Assembly: GCA_028534125.1 (NCBI GenBank)
Contig: CM052816.1
Location: 94,614,001 to 94,678,000 of the forward strand
Reading direction: 5' to 3'
From: Lama glama
Taxonomy: Eukaryota
Length of the DNA stretch: 64,000 nucleotides
Shown here one piece after another: positions 39,359 through 52,987 of the stretch. Position numbers and translations under genes: made by a program. A model generated the notes under the pieces. The model was not told the DNA's origin, did no database searches, and saw only the letters and a list, made by a program, of their open reading frames with translations. The first letter of the stretch is position 1. The number at the start of each line of letters is the position of its first letter.

Positions 39359-40269
39359 GCTCCTCTTGGCTTTCTTTGGCAAGTAGACCCCTCACGCTCA
39401 CTTGGGGTTGAATGGGTCTCCCCTACCCCGAGTAGATCCCTTCTTGGCAGTTCTCCCCACATTTAGACACCCCATCCACGCTCCTGGGTACCAGCGCCGT
39501 CCACAGGACCTCAGTGCAGCTCAAGGCTCTACCCACACATGGCTGTCCGCAGGTCCCAGTGGCCACCTTGAACAGGAGAGGATGATAGCGAGGCCCTACA
39601 GGCCACCAGGTTCCCAGAACTGGTCAGTTACTGACAATTACTGTTGCAGATACATGGACTGGCACCGTCTAATACTTCCATAATTTTCCCATTGCTCTTA
39701 GCACAGCCACTGGTGCCTTAGAGGAACTGAACTGAATACTTTTGGGGCATTTCAGTGACCTGTGTTTGAGAGAATTGCTTTGTCTGTATAAGGATATACA
39801 ATTTTCTCCTGTTTTTGACTTGAGTCATTTAAGGCAATTGTAGACAAATTCATATTTTTGTGAATACTTTTCAGCATATATGGTTCTAAAGGATAGAAAA
39901 TGCTTTGTGTATTTTCTACAGAACCCCAAAAGATATTAGGTGATACTAGCGTTCCAGTAGCCCAGTCGTTCATTTAGGGCCCATATCACTTCCACAGTGT
40001 GTTAGGGCAGTTGTTGAGTTGTCCCTTCCTGACTTCTAAGTGTCTTAATTCTCCTGAATTCTGGCATGAAGTCAATGTCAGGGTACATAAGTTAGCTTTT
40101 TCTAGTTACCGTTTCTGAACGGAGTGAAACAAAGCCAATATTCTGCACCACTGATGGAGAGTAATTAATCACTTTACTTATCCACATGTGTAAATGAAAA
40201 CTTGCCATGGCTAAGCACCTGGTAAACAGTTGGTGTCAGTGTGGAATAAATGGATTAAGTGGAAGGAAA

Positions 40270-40450
40270 CTAACGTTTATCCAGTGCATACTTTTTGCTA
40301 AGCCCACCAACTAAGTTGATATTATGATGCTATCTTGGAAAAGAAACCTGAAACTCAGAGTGTTTAAAAATCTTGCTCAAGTTTATGCTGTTGAGAAATA
40401 ACAAATGGAATTCAAATCTGATTTTCTGTGATTTCCAAATGAAAAATGTT
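40270..40450 (-). mobile_element. MIR relic
   Basis: aagaaacctgaaactcagagtgtttaaaaatcttgctcaag...ggaattcaaatctg. Confidence 0.55.
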
Positions 40451-42339
40451 TCCTCTGTTATGAGGTTTTCTCATTCTCATTATTTAGAGTGTTAGTAAAT
40501 GTCGTATTTGGTTTAATTTTTCGTAGAGGTAAGGGCATATAACTTAAAAGAATGCAAGGACAAGTGAGAGAATAGATCATCAAAACAGAGGAAAATAAAG
40601 ATAAAAATTTAGAAAAGAATTTTTAATTAGAGAATTTAATCCATTGCTATCTGCTTGTGTTTGAGTATTTATTATATATTGGATACTATAGAATAATAGT
40701 ATATATTTGGAGACTGAAGTCAAAATCTGGATTTGTTGTTGTAAAGCAAGAGTGGCCTGTGTTGGATGCCAGCGCCACAGTGCCAGTGTATTTTCATTGG
40801 GTCACGTCAGTGGCTTTTCTTCACATGCAGGTATAAATCAGTACATACTTGGACTATATACTTCACGGCATGCATCACAACTGCAATCCCACAAGACAGT
40901 TCCTCCTTCCTATTGTGCCGATTCAAGTCCTTTTCTTTCCATAAACCTCAGAAGTAGTTTAGGTTCAAAGCCAGAACACAACACATCTGAATCTACCCTG
41001 TGTTCGCCCCTTGAGCACTAAGTCTTCAGCAAAGAGAAACACATTTCCCAAAACTGTTTGGGACACACGATAAGGAAATCGTGAAGTTTCTTCAAACTAA
41101 CGATTCTTTCCTCTACCAAGGGTGAATGGGTAATTGCTTGGATATTATGTCATATGTTTCTAATCAGCTAATATAGTTGATTTTCTGTGCTTACTTGTTC
41201 CGTGTCAATGTTAGTTTTATTTTGATAATAAAGAGTCACTAAGCCAAATCTTTTAACAGACTAATTAGCTATCTCTTTGGTATTTGCATAAGAAACTTTA
41301 ATCTGTCAATCTATCTAATATATATCTATCTTTAGTTATATACTTTTATACAAAAAAAGAGAAAAATATCAATACACAAACCACTTTAATGACATGCACG
41401 TGTTTTGCTTCCACATTCTATGTAACAGAAGTCCTGGTGCCCAGATAGAACGTCTCTGTTGGGTGTGTGTATAGTGTGCCTTTTTCATGGCTATTTCCTG
41501 GAAGCTCCAGTGGAGTACTGCATGAATGTCTCTTCAGTAGAATAAAGAAATATTGAGCTATTGTTAAATAAAGGAAGAAACTGATGGGAGTCTTACATCT
41601 CATAAACTCTAGATTCCAATTTGAGATACTGTCATTATAAAAATATAAAAGAATGAACAATTATTGGCCCTGCGTCAGGTGTTTACCTGTGAGCAGTGTG
41701 ATGAAAGAAACCATAACCCAGCGAAAATCCCGCTTGTTCTCTCTTGCTAAATTAAGTTGAATTTGATCAGAACAAAACAAGTTAAGCCGATTACATAAAA
41801 GCGTGTGGAGTTTTACTATTGGAGAGAATTGCAGTTACAGTTCTTTTAAGGAAAGTAGGGATGACGTGTAAGTAGATGTCCTGTGCACTTTATAAAGGGC
41901 GGAGTGGTCTTTTTTCCAACATTCTAATCTACTTGGACTTAGCGTGTGTATAATTTATTGATCTTATATATTCCTGTATTCTATGAAACTAGGAAGTTGA
42001 CTTACTGAGAATTTCCAGTTTGTATTTGACTCTGCAGTTAAATCTTAATTTTACATTTAGATTTTTTAAAAAGGCTTATATGACTTATACTTGAACTTTT
42101 GTCAAACTAACTAAGTATTTTTTGGAAAAGAATTTGTAAAATTAATTAAGAACACAAATAGTTTTATTATTTGTCCTCACAATGCCACCTCTAAAAATCT
42201 GATTAAGGAAAACAATCAGAATTTTACAATTTATTATAGCCATATATATTTTACATTTATTTATACATATACAATGATATAGCCAAAGTATTTACCAAAA
42301 TAAATTGAAAATAAACTAAATGATCAAAAATAAGGTCAC

Positions 42340-42466
42340 TTTATTTTTTATTTTATTATTTTATTTTATTTTTAATTGAAGTACAGTCAATTACAATGTG
42401 TCAATTTCTGGTATGCAGAACAATGTTCCAGTCCCACATATACACACATATACCCGTTTTCACATT
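42340..42466 (-). mobile_element. Very short young L1 tail of camelid type, inserted in an old L1M fragment (about 42200-42790)
   Basis: (tttta)n plus attgaagtacagtcaattacaatgtgtcaatttctggt. Confidence 0.85.
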
Positions 42467-44423
42467 AAAAATAAACTTTAAAATGTTTTAGTACGTCCAT
42501 CATAGCTGGGTACATTGCCATTACGAATTATTTCTTTAAGGAGTGAAGACTGGGAGAAATACTAATAAAACAGGGGCAAGTAAAAAAAGTAGTATGATTT
42601 TAACTTTATAGAGTATAAAATAAAAAATAAATAGACATTAATGGATAATAGGGGAAGAAAATGCAATGAAATGTTCACAATTATTGTCTTTGATTTATGG
42701 GCATAGAAGTGATTCTAATTTTTTTTTAACTTTACTGAATTTCTAGCTTTTAAACCATACATGTGTAGTACTTTTAATCTTTCAAAGTCTTAAGAAGTAA
42801 TCCAAAGAAACTGGACTCAAAGGCACATAAAAGAACATCATCCCTGACAAGTTTGGAAAAAGACTAGATTAGAAAGCCACATGGGCCTGTTTGCTGCTGC
42901 GATTTTTAATGTCAGATATTTAAAGATGAAAAAAAGCATAAGGTAATTAGGGCCCAGAATTATGCTAATGGAAGCACATATTGGAGAAAATATCTTGTTA
43001 ATAGTCACAGTAACTGATGATTAAGGGAGAAGACAGTTTGACTGATAGACTTTGTCCCAGACACGGCCATGGAGCTGAGCAGTCGCCCTGCCACTTCCCC
43101 GAGTTCAGTTCGAGATGGCTCCCATCCCTTGTTAGAGAGCTGAACAATTTTCTTTGGTTTTAATTGTGAATATAATGAGCTCAATAATAAAATGGCTTGA
43201 TGAGCAGTTTTTACACTTATATCAGCTCTACTCTGTGCACCTGAAATTATACAAGATTATACACAGTTGCAAGAAAATTCTAAAATACCTCTAGTTTCTT
43301 TGTTATTAATGCTATGACACATTTCAGTAACAAACACAATTAAATACCAACAGTGATCTTAATGTATGTAGTATTTTTTTAAACTTTGCCTCACTGAAAA
43401 ACTATTATCCTTTAAAAAAAATCAATATAATTGTAATACATTATGTTTTCAGCTGTTTAGACGAACAAAAATATATTCTTCTAAATCCAAAAATCCTGTC
43501 TTTCTGACCACTGTGTTTTCTGTACAGGTTATATCATTTCGTGAGGGACAGTCAGGCACTGACAAATATATACATGATTATATTCAGATTATATTTGTTT
43601 GCAAACTAGTGTACTCAGCATATAAAAGCTAAAAGATGGTTGACAAGTTTATAGATAATAGATCTTCAGGAATAACTTTATCTGTGCTATCTGAAAGTTA
43701 AATTTTTTGAGGGGAAGGGGATATATCTGTTTTGCATAATGTTTTTCCAACATGTACTCAACTTTATCACAAATATGTAAAAACATACATCTAACATCAT
43801 GTTAGAATTGAATACTGGTATGTATATTTTATAACGCTATAATTATGAGCATTTCCGTGTAGTACTTACTTTTCAAAACAGACTTTAGCCTTCTCGATTT
43901 CTGAATATAAGGCTAGATTATTTCCCAGTATTTCTCATTTGGGGATTTTCTGCAGTCAACATGGTCTTATCCAATAGTAGGACCTAGGAATTTGGAAATA
44001 CGTTTTATTTGCTCAGAGCTTTCCATAGGAATTCCAATATTCTTCAGGTAAATTGCGGGTCTTATTTATTTTAATAAAATAGTTTTGAAGACACCGCACC
44101 CTAGGATTATAACGTATCACAGCCCTGTACTGCCAGTTGACTGGAAAGTAGAAATGGAGCTGGAAGAAAATAAAAACCTACATAATTTCTTTCTAAGTCT
44201 GAGATAAGATCAAGCACTGATTGCCGAGAATTTTGATGCAAGGGGTGAACTGAGTTTCTCCATGAACTGGAATCATTGCTAAGTGGCTGTTTAGTGTACA
44301 CTAAAGCTCCTGAAAGAGTATGCAGTGATGAAGGGGAGTATGTTAGATTGAGCAGATCGTCTTCTAAATAATATTTTTACTTGAATATTAACAATGAAAT
44401 CTTAAAATTTCTGGTTAATTATG

Positions 44424-44548
44424 GGGAGATGACCCTATTTCTGATTTGTCTAGAACAGGCTGGTTTATGCCAGTGTCTTGGCGTAAGTATTAATAAACCT
44501 GCCCTGTAGTCTTTTCTTCTGGAAAAACTGTCCCAGTTTGGTCCTACT
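44424..44548. mobile_element. MER94-like hAT-Blackjack MITE relic
   Basis: ggtttatgccagtgtcttggcgtaagtattaata...tgtcccagtttgg resembles the MER94 internal sequence. Confidence 0.55.
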
Positions 44549-45669
44549 GTTAGTAATAGTTTCTACTATTCACTTTCATTGATCTCATCTTTTTCCCTGG
44601 AGCATATTAACAAGAAATTCAAGGAATAAAAGGGAAAGAGTGTTTGACTTCCCCTTTTTGGCTAATGAGGGTGCCACAGAGCTTCTGGATAACTCATGGG
44701 TGGAAGACCCACTCTTTTTGGGGACCCTATCTCTCGAGTCATCCCCAGGGAATCCTGTGTGCAGTCTAGGCATTATTTGCCTAAGGAATGATCGGGTGCC
44801 AAGTTAAGCATACGAAATGGTGTCTGAGCAAAGCATCACGTGGCTTGAATTTGAAGTTCAACAGTGTGAAAATGTGCGGCTGATCGCAGAACACTGACAA
44901 GCCGATCCTTTGAGTCCCAAGCTTGGCTCACTTAAGAATTGAGACCCCATTAGACCTCATTATCGAGCTGACTGCCCTCTCTGCCAGGTACCTTCCCTCT
45001 GTGGTAGAAGGCGTGTCGACCGCGAGCTGGAAGTACATGCCAATCACGGTGGTGTAATTTACATCTCAAAGTCAACATCGGATATTACCTTAAAAGCTAT
45101 TTCATGTTATTGAACTTGTGTAACTTTTAAGTGTAACCACTTTTTAGCAGCTATGTTCACTTGCTCTGGGAAAAGGCATAAAGAAGAGAGAGAAGAATTA
45201 TGTGTAGATTAGATTTTCCATAAAAGAAGCAAGTCCCTTAAGCAGGGCAAAGTACTGTATTTCTCATAAAGTTAAAATTGAAGCATGTCCTTTGGAAAGA
45301 AGTCAATCATGTTTCTGCAGAGACTGATTAAATCATCTGATCTCAACTGGGCTGTGTAATAAGGAAAATGCAAAGAAATCATTTATCTTGTATGTGAAAC
45401 CGTCCAAATGCTCTCCTTTTCTAAACCATAGGTCACTAAGGTTGACTAGTATCGTGTTCATTCTTAGCAGTTTGCTTCTTCTTACATTCTTTAAACCTTA
45501 TAACTCAGAACCTTTTATCCAGTGTGATTGTGAAATTAGGTGCACATTTTTAATACGGGACCGTATGTTTTTCTCAACGCCGTGGGTAGTTCGTATATTA
45601 GAAGTTGGAAACTCCCTGCCTACTCCCAGAACCTTCTCCAGAATCAACAGTCCATGTTGATTATGCACA

Positions 45670-45765
45670 GTGGTACCTCCTTGTCTGTTCGTCGTTGAAT
45701 TCTTGGCCTCCAAAAGCACCTGGTGCATTATGGACCACGTTTGTTGACTGAATGAATGAATGAAG
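45670..45765 (+). mobile_element. L2 3' terminus
   Basis: aaagcacctggtgcat...tttgttgactgaatgaatgaatgaa. Confidence 0.65.
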
Positions 45766-46169
45766 TGAAAAAAGAACACATGAGTGCATGTACTCTGGTA
45801 ATCGTGTATTCGCTACGGGATGCCTTTACTGTCCTGGTACTGCAGGCCCTTTATAAGGTGTGGGTCTCCCAGTTTTGTACACCCAGCCCGGCATTAACCA
45901 GCCGGCCACTTTTGTGTACCTTTGAGATCCGCTTAGCCTTCCTCCCCAAACAAAACTCATCACCATCATTACGGTCAGACTACGGAGTCTCCCCCCGTGT
46001 TGCCGCACACACCGCACACACACCCTGAGATTGCTAAGTTGAGACACCGTGGAACAACCTATCCTGAATCTGCAGTGAGCCACACAGGTACTGATTTTGA
46101 GGTCCAGTACCTCAGACGAAGCCCAGCCACCCCTAAGCTGGTGATGCCTGTGTGAAGGTGCTTGTGGGA

Positions 46170-46720
46170 CATTCTTCCCACCATCTTCTTTAAGGAGTCC
46201 ATTTGATTGCTCAGAACTTTCCATGGCAGAATAAATGCCGAACATTGGCATTTGGGGTTTCCCACAAACCGGCTCCAATGTCTTATCTGGGGCCATCTCC
46301 TATTACACCCTTCTTTTCCTTCTCAAAGTCACCTCCTTTGCTCCAGGGACACCGGGATGTTGTCTGTGCCCACACGTACCCTTCAGGTTGACACACAGGT
46401 CTTTGTTTATCCCAACGTGCTCCGTCCCTCACTGCCCCCAGTCCCAGCTGTGATCACACTCCCACTCCCTGGTCATCAAAAATCCCCTCGTTGCTTTCCG
46501 GCTCCCGCGCCATCTCTCCTTTGACACTCCTGCTGTTTCCTCCTTCACACAAAATCCTTCCCAACACTGTGATCCTGGTGCCACCATAACCGAGACGTGG
46601 TGACGCCAAGCTTGTCCTTGCTGCCGAATCGCAAGCACCGTGAGGGAAGGACTGCTGTTTGTTGTCTTTCCCTCCAGGGCCTGGCACAGGGACGGCCCCG
46701 AGGAGGCTTGTTAAAATGAT
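46170..46720 (+). mobile_element. L2 fragment
   Basis: Pyrimidine-rich body ending ccagggcctggcacaggg...ttgttaaaatga. Confidence 0.55.
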
Positions 46721-47198
46721 GCCAGCAGATCTGAACTCTTACGTGTTCCCTCTTCGGTAAATACTCTCTCGGGAGCAAGTCACACATCTCTACATCCCAC
46801 TTGATTTCTTGTCCAAGGAGTCAAGAACTGCTGTCCTGAACTTCAGAGTCCTATGAAACAAACATAAGGAAGCAGTTTAATGGGCTCAGTCTTAAAAGGG
46901 CTAAAATGCCTAATAATAATGCAGTAAATTTTGCACTTGCAAATATCGACAAGTGCATTATTGAGTTTTTAGAGCGCTTCAGTATTTCCAGTTGGTACTC
47001 CAGAATATTTTTTTCAAATGGCGAGTTTATTTCAAATTATTAGGAGAATGAATGAATGGCTTCAAACATGGGTGGGTTTTAGGTACCCATGATTTTTCAC
47101 TTGTAAATTAACAGTTTAAGGCATGACAAATGAACTAACAAAGAAAAGACAATGTCAGTTAATCGAGGTGTTATAGTTATTAAATTTCCATTACTTTT

Positions 47199-47389
47199 TT
47201 TTAGTGAAGTATAGTCTGTTTACAATGTTGTGTTAATTTCTGTTGTACAGAGTGCTGATTCAGTTATACATACATATATATATATTATATATATATATAT
47301 ATTCCTTTTCACGTTCTTTTTCATTATAGGTTACTACAAAGTATTGAGTATAGTTTCCAGTAGGACCTTATTGTTTATCTATTTTATAT
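47199..47389 (-). mobile_element. Short young L1 tail with perfect 15-bp TSD
   Basis: atttccattactttt at 47184-47198 and 47390-47404; gaagtatagtctgtttacaatgttgtg tail motif. Confidence 0.95.
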
Positions 47390-48571
47390 ATTTCCATTAC
47401 TTTTACTTTTTGATTCATAAGGGAATCAAAATCAGGAAACTAAAAGAGATTAAGAGCAACTGGTCTCATCTGTGTCATTTTGAAAATGTCAGCAAAAGCT
47501 AAAAGGATGAAATTTGTTTTATTTTCTGAATAAAATATCCTGCTTTAACCCCTAATCTGAGATAGCGGGGGAGACGGTTTACAAATGTTTCATTCTTTTT
47601 TATAAATCAGCCAAACCTAAGGAAAATTTAATGAACATCTTTGGAAATAGACTGATCATTTCAGCCTGCTGAATTTTAGATAGAGAAAAAGTTGACACAG
47701 GTAAAAATGTTTTAAAGTATTGTGCACAATGAGTAACAAGGCTCTGTTCAGTCTAATAGCTTCTCTCTTCTGGTAACAAATTATATTTGTAAATAGTGAC
47801 CTTCTGCGTCAGGTTCTGGACTTAGTCCTTCTAACTGAGGCGTTGTTCTAACCGGCAGCCTGACTGGGGGTCATTTGCTTCTGCTTGATTACTTCCAGGG
47901 ATGGTGCGCTTCCTGTGTCTCCAAGTATTACACTCAACTCAGATATCTCTCATTATAGGAAGGTCTTTATAATGCATGAATTCTTCTTCTGTTCACCTGT
48001 GGGCCATTGTCCTATTCCCACAGGTTAACCCACAGTGTAAGTTCCCAAAGGGCAGGCACTGTGTTGAGAGAGGCTGGTTCTCCCTGCTCACTTGCCAGCA
48101 CCGGCTAGGAACCCAGAAAGGAGGGCGAGTCAGCTCTCACCTGCAGGGACAAGTCCTTGAAGGCACTTACTCTATGCAGACAGATCTTCTTTCCCCCACT
48201 CCAAGTCTCTCAACACTCCTCATTATATTCAAAACTGTTATTTCATCCTCCTCATTATGCATAAATAATAAAACCCCTACTAGTGTGCACTCAGGGAACC
48301 GGGAGATGTGAACATTTGGCACCCTGTGAACTGGAAAGCAAGCCCTGGCCCTCCAAAGCACACCCAACCAGAAAAATGTCCTGTGAAAGCCTTGTCAGAT
48401 ATTAGAACCGTGTCCCTAAAGTTATTTGAATTAGAAGACTGGAAAAAATAAAAATAAGTAAAGAAATAAAGTTGACATACTAGTTGAATGTATTATAAGT
48501 ACTATAAAATCTGTGATGAGAGGTTGCAGAATTGAATTCATAATTCAATTATGAATACTCTTCAAACAGAA

Positions 48572-48767
48572 CAGGAGTTGGCAAACTGCAGCCCGAGGGC
48601 CAAATCCAGCCTGCGGCCTGTTTTGTAAGTAAACTTTATGGGACCACAGCCGCACCCATCTATCTAGGTGCTGTCTGTGGTGGCGTCTGCACTGCAACAC
48701 AGGAGTCCGGTCACTGCCATGCAGACCTTTGGCCTAGAGAGCCTAAAACATCTGCCCTTTATCCCTG
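48572..48767 (+). mobile_element. MER58A-like hAT-Charlie MITE
   Basis: caggagttggcaaactgcagcccgagggccaaatccagcctgcggcctgttttgtaagtaaactttatggg...agcctaaaa. Confidence 0.85.
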
Positions 48768-48972
48768 AATAGACTGCCAACCAAAACAGACATCCTTCTC
48801 CTAACCCTCAGTAGCTCCGATATTTCTGCAGTAAATTAGAGTATTTTAATTGGAGTAGGACTGGGGAGAAACCATTTCAGGCATGTTGTTGATGATTGTG
48901 GGTGTGCGTATCACTGGTGCATGCTGTTTTTCTACACAGTTGTCCAGTTAGATTAGATTAGATATGCTCTTT

Positions 48973-49179
48973 TTTTTAAATTTTATTTTTTATTGAAATG
49001 TAGTTGATTTACAATGTTAGTTTCAAGTGTACAGCAAAGCGATTCAGTTATACATATACATACGTATATATATTTTCTCTTCAGATTCTTTTTCATTATA
49101 TGTTATTATAAGAAACTGAATACAGTTCCCTATACTCTACAGCTGGTCCTTGTTTATCCATTTTATATATAGTAATTTG
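48973..49179 (-). mobile_element. Short young L1 tail with TSD
   Basis: tagatatgctcttt (48959-48972) vs tagatatgttcttt (49180-49193). Confidence 0.93.
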
Positions 49180-49269
49180 TAGATATGTTCTTTACTTGGA
49201 GAATTTGCTTTTTTTCTTCCAGATGTACCACACATATTTGAGCCAGGACTATTTGATGCATTTTTTTCC

Positions 49270-50300
49270 CAATTGTTTTCCAACATTTAATTAGGAAAAA
49301 AAATTAAGCATACAGAATAGTTGAATGACTTTTACAGTGATCATGCATAAACCCACCGCTTACATCCTACCACTAACAGTTTGATATGTTTGATTTATTA
49401 CCCATGTATTCATCTACCCTTCTCTCTATTCAAATGCTGTTTGTTATATAACAAATGCTATTGTAGATTCATTTCAAAAAAAAAATCACAGACCTAAGTA
49501 TATTTCCCCCAAAATAGTTTAGCATGGATATCAACAACTAGAATTTGATATACATTTCCAGCTTCTATTTTTTTTCTTTGAGGTACCATTTATGTGCAAA
49601 GAAATGTACAAATTTTAAGTGTACCATTCATCAAGTTTTTATAAATAACACAGATGTGCGACCCAAGCCTCCGTCAGGATGTAGACATCGCCCGTCACCC
49701 CAGGAAGTTGATTCATACCCCTCCCCAGTGAACCCCTACTCCACTCTCTCAAAGGCATCCACTGCTCTGCTTTTTGTTTTCCTGCCATCAGTTAGTTTTG
49801 CCTGTTGGAACCGAGGGTATGTGTTATTTTGCCTAAATCTTCTTTTATTAAGCTTGAAGCTTTTGGATTCATCCATGCTGCTATAGGTGTCAGTATTTCT
49901 TTCCCTTTCATTACTTATCAGCCTTCCACTGTATAAATGGACCACAAGTCATTTATCCATTCTTCTGTTGTTGAGCATCTGGGCTCTTTCCAGTTTGGGG
50001 CCATTATAAATAAAGCTGCCAAGAACACTCTCATACAAATCTTTTTGTATATATATGTTTTCTGTTTCTCAGGGGAAAAAAACTCTAGGATTGGAATCTC
50101 TGGGTCATTGGGTAGCTGTATATTTAGTTCTATGAGAAACTACCCACAAAAATGTATCAGAGTTTCAGTTGCTTCACAGCCTTTCCAACATTTGGCAGTG
50201 TCAGTATTTTAAAAGTAGCCATGCAAGTGGTATGAAGCAGTATCTCATTTGAGTTTTATTTTGCACTTCCCTTGTGACCAATTATATTGAGCATTTTAAA
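49270..50300 (-). mobile_element. Old L1M (L1MB/MC/ME-like) 3' region
   Basis: aaatgtacaaattttaagtgtac; ttggattcatccatgctgct; ttccagtttggggccattataaataaagctgc; attgagcatttt. Confidence 0.85.
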
Positions 50301-51452
50301 ATTTTATTGCAGATAATTTTACCGTACGTATTTACTGCTAGTATAGCAGTCTTAAATCTTAAAACTATGAAAAACTCGATGCAGGGAAAATACACCCACA
50401 CTTTCTTCTTTTTTTTTTTTTTTACAGCATTCTTTCCTATAAAATTTCATTACGTAACTAACTTTAACCCCCTTCTTTCTGAGACACCTAAAATATTAAA
50501 AAGTTTGCTGTTGCAAAATATATACAAACAAACACAGAATAACAGTAATTAGCCTAAAGGTGCCCCTCTAGTAATTCCTCAGTCCTTTGTGTGTTGTTTT
50601 TATTTGTTGGTTGGTTGGTTAGTTGGGGTTTTTGTTTGTTTCTGCTTGTCATTTTATTTGGCTCATGTTCCCACACTCTTTCTCCTTCTCATAGACCCCA
50701 AACATCAGCGCTCAGTTGAAATGGCCAGTCTCCTCCCACGCTTCCCTTTCACAACTGCAATAGTTTTAGAAGAAATATTTCCCAGGCTGAATTACATTCT
50801 GCAGAGCTGAGCTAGGGTGTTGTCAAGAAACATTAAACGGACTTAAATAAGTTATTGATTTTTTATTTTTCTTTCATCTTTAGCTCATATTGGAAATCTG
50901 CCACATCAATACTCCCTTGAATTTCCCCTCCACTCTCCCGTCTAATTTTAGCCTATCCTTTTTTTTTTTTCCCCAAGATCTGGTTTAAACCACATTTCTG
51001 CCCAGATAGCTTCCCTGGTGAATTTCACTTTTTTTTCCCCTTAGTTTGTGTGGTCATGTGCCCCATGTCAGCCAAGTTACAACACTTTGTATGTTATTCG
51101 CTATTAATTTATGATTTTAGACATCATTTCCATTTCACGCTGTAGTTTTCCTCATGGTAACAGGCCTCGAGTGTTTTACATTTTTTTAAAATCTTAAGTC
51201 CAGATACTTATCGTATGGGTACATCTAGTGTGTATTCACATTTTCATTGTGAAATTGAGTAATGTAGGAGACGGATTTACTCAGGATACAATGAAGCAGA
51301 TAGTTAAATGCTGAACTCTGTATTTCTGCAAGTATTTTTCTCTTCAAAACAAAATGCAGAAATCCATTATCCCTTGTAAATTATAAAATCACTCATGAGA
51401 GCAGTGTTCTTTACTACTGTTGGCTACCAAGGGTTGTTCTGTGCTGGGCACA

Positions 51453-51993
51453 TTGTTTTGGTTACCTGTTGCCTTTAATAAACTAACCCAAATCCTGGTG
51501 GCTTTAACATCAAATTCCATTTTGCCTGCGCAGGATCCTGTGGGTAGGGAATCCGGGCGGGGCTCATCTGACTAGGTCTTCTCTTGTGTGTGGCGGGAAC
51601 TGAGGTCATCTGCTCTCCTGTCTGGGCTCAGAAGGAAAGTCCAAGGAGTACCTCCCTTTCACCATGCGTCTGGCACCCCCGTGCTCCTTCACGTGCCCCC
51701 TCTGTCTCTATGTGGCTACCCTGGGCTTCCTCGCATCATGGTTGCTACCAGGCAGTCAAACCTCTTATGTAGAGGCTGGCTTCCAAAAGGAACATTCTGT
51801 CGTGAGGGGATCTCAGCTGTTTATCTCTGAGAAGTCAGAAGGCTACCGAGCGTCACTTCCACTGTGTTTCAGTGGTCTCAGCAAGTCAGGACCAGCTCAG
51901 AATCAAGGGGCGGTGGGTGGGGGATAGAAGTCACTCCTCAGTGGATGCAGTGGATGCAGTGGAAAGAATCTGCAGCTGGCTTTAATCCGTCAC
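51453..51993 (-). mobile_element. MLT1G/H-like MaLR LTR
   Basis: cccaaatcctggtggcttta...ctgtgggtagggaatccgggc...gggcttcctcgcatcatggt...gcgtcacttccactgtgtt...cagaatcaagggg. Confidence 0.8.
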
Positions 51994-52987
51994 TCGCGTT
52001 CCCGACTCAGCTTACCTGGACTTGCTCAACCAGGATCAGCTGCTGCATTGGAGCTGGACAGTGTTAGTCTGAAAGCTGTGGGTTGATTTTCTGACCTCTC
52101 TGTGGACTTACTGTGGTTTTAGCTGAACCCCCCGAGATTGTCATCTTCCACCTCAACGTGGAGAACACAGGCTTGGGGCATGGCAGCAACATGACTCCTC
52201 CACCAGCAGAGGGCTTGGGAAAAAGATGAAGAAACTTCATGAAAGTCCTCTAGTGAGTGACACAACCTCAGCAAAGAGCTACCTGATACTACCTTATTTT
52301 GTATAAAGGTATCTCTACTGACAGATTCTCAGGAGGGAGTATATGCTTTTATTTTTTCCCTCAAACAGTGATGATACCTTCTGAGGACCCAGGCATGTTG
52401 AACTGGTCCACCCCTTAGAAATCCGCAGCTTAAATTTTTGACACAACAGGCTAGATCTTTATTGGATCTCTGAAAAGCAGGAGAAAGGGGAGCTATAAAG
52501 TATGACCCCTATGCTTAGTTTGTTTTATATAAACTGGTCATTTTCCTTATGTTGACTTTAAGGTTAAATGCTGGCACTTCTCTTCTCTATTCTCTGACAC
52601 AAAGTACCATTCCAGCTTCCAAATTTGGATGAAAAGATTCTTGTTGCTGTTGGTGATGACGGTAGTGGGAGGTGTGTCTGTGTGTGTGCACAGGAGGTTG
52701 TAAGTCGACAGCAAGAGGAAAGAAAGTCTAAGTAGATGATGGCAGAATAAAGAAACACCTACTTTCATCAGTTTACTAAATTGACACTCCGAGTCTAGCT
52801 CGTCTAGTCACCATGGGGAAAACTGAATCACTTCCCAGGGTAGTGTATAAAATTCCAAGTTCAGGGGAGTTTTTTGGTCTTCACCTCTATCTTGAAGGTC
52901 AAAAAGGACAAAGGAAAGGAATTCTTATTTTTATTTTTGTTTTGACCTTAAGACTTTAAAAAATCAAATTGTTCTTACCTACGTAAT

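Noticed and set aside
44930..45100. CpG-containing segment with possible exons on either strand
   Set aside because: Splice sites are mediocre, translations are unrecognised and there is no consistent phase chain.
45826..46790. Cluster of overlapping ORFs (up to 156 aa)
   Set aside because: GC-rich and partly L2-derived, with open frames on both strands and no recognisable homology.
51939..51963. (cagtggatg) x2.7 repeat as a CRISPR-like or functional array
   Set aside because: It is a simple slippage repeat inside an LTR with no spacers, in a eukaryotic context.
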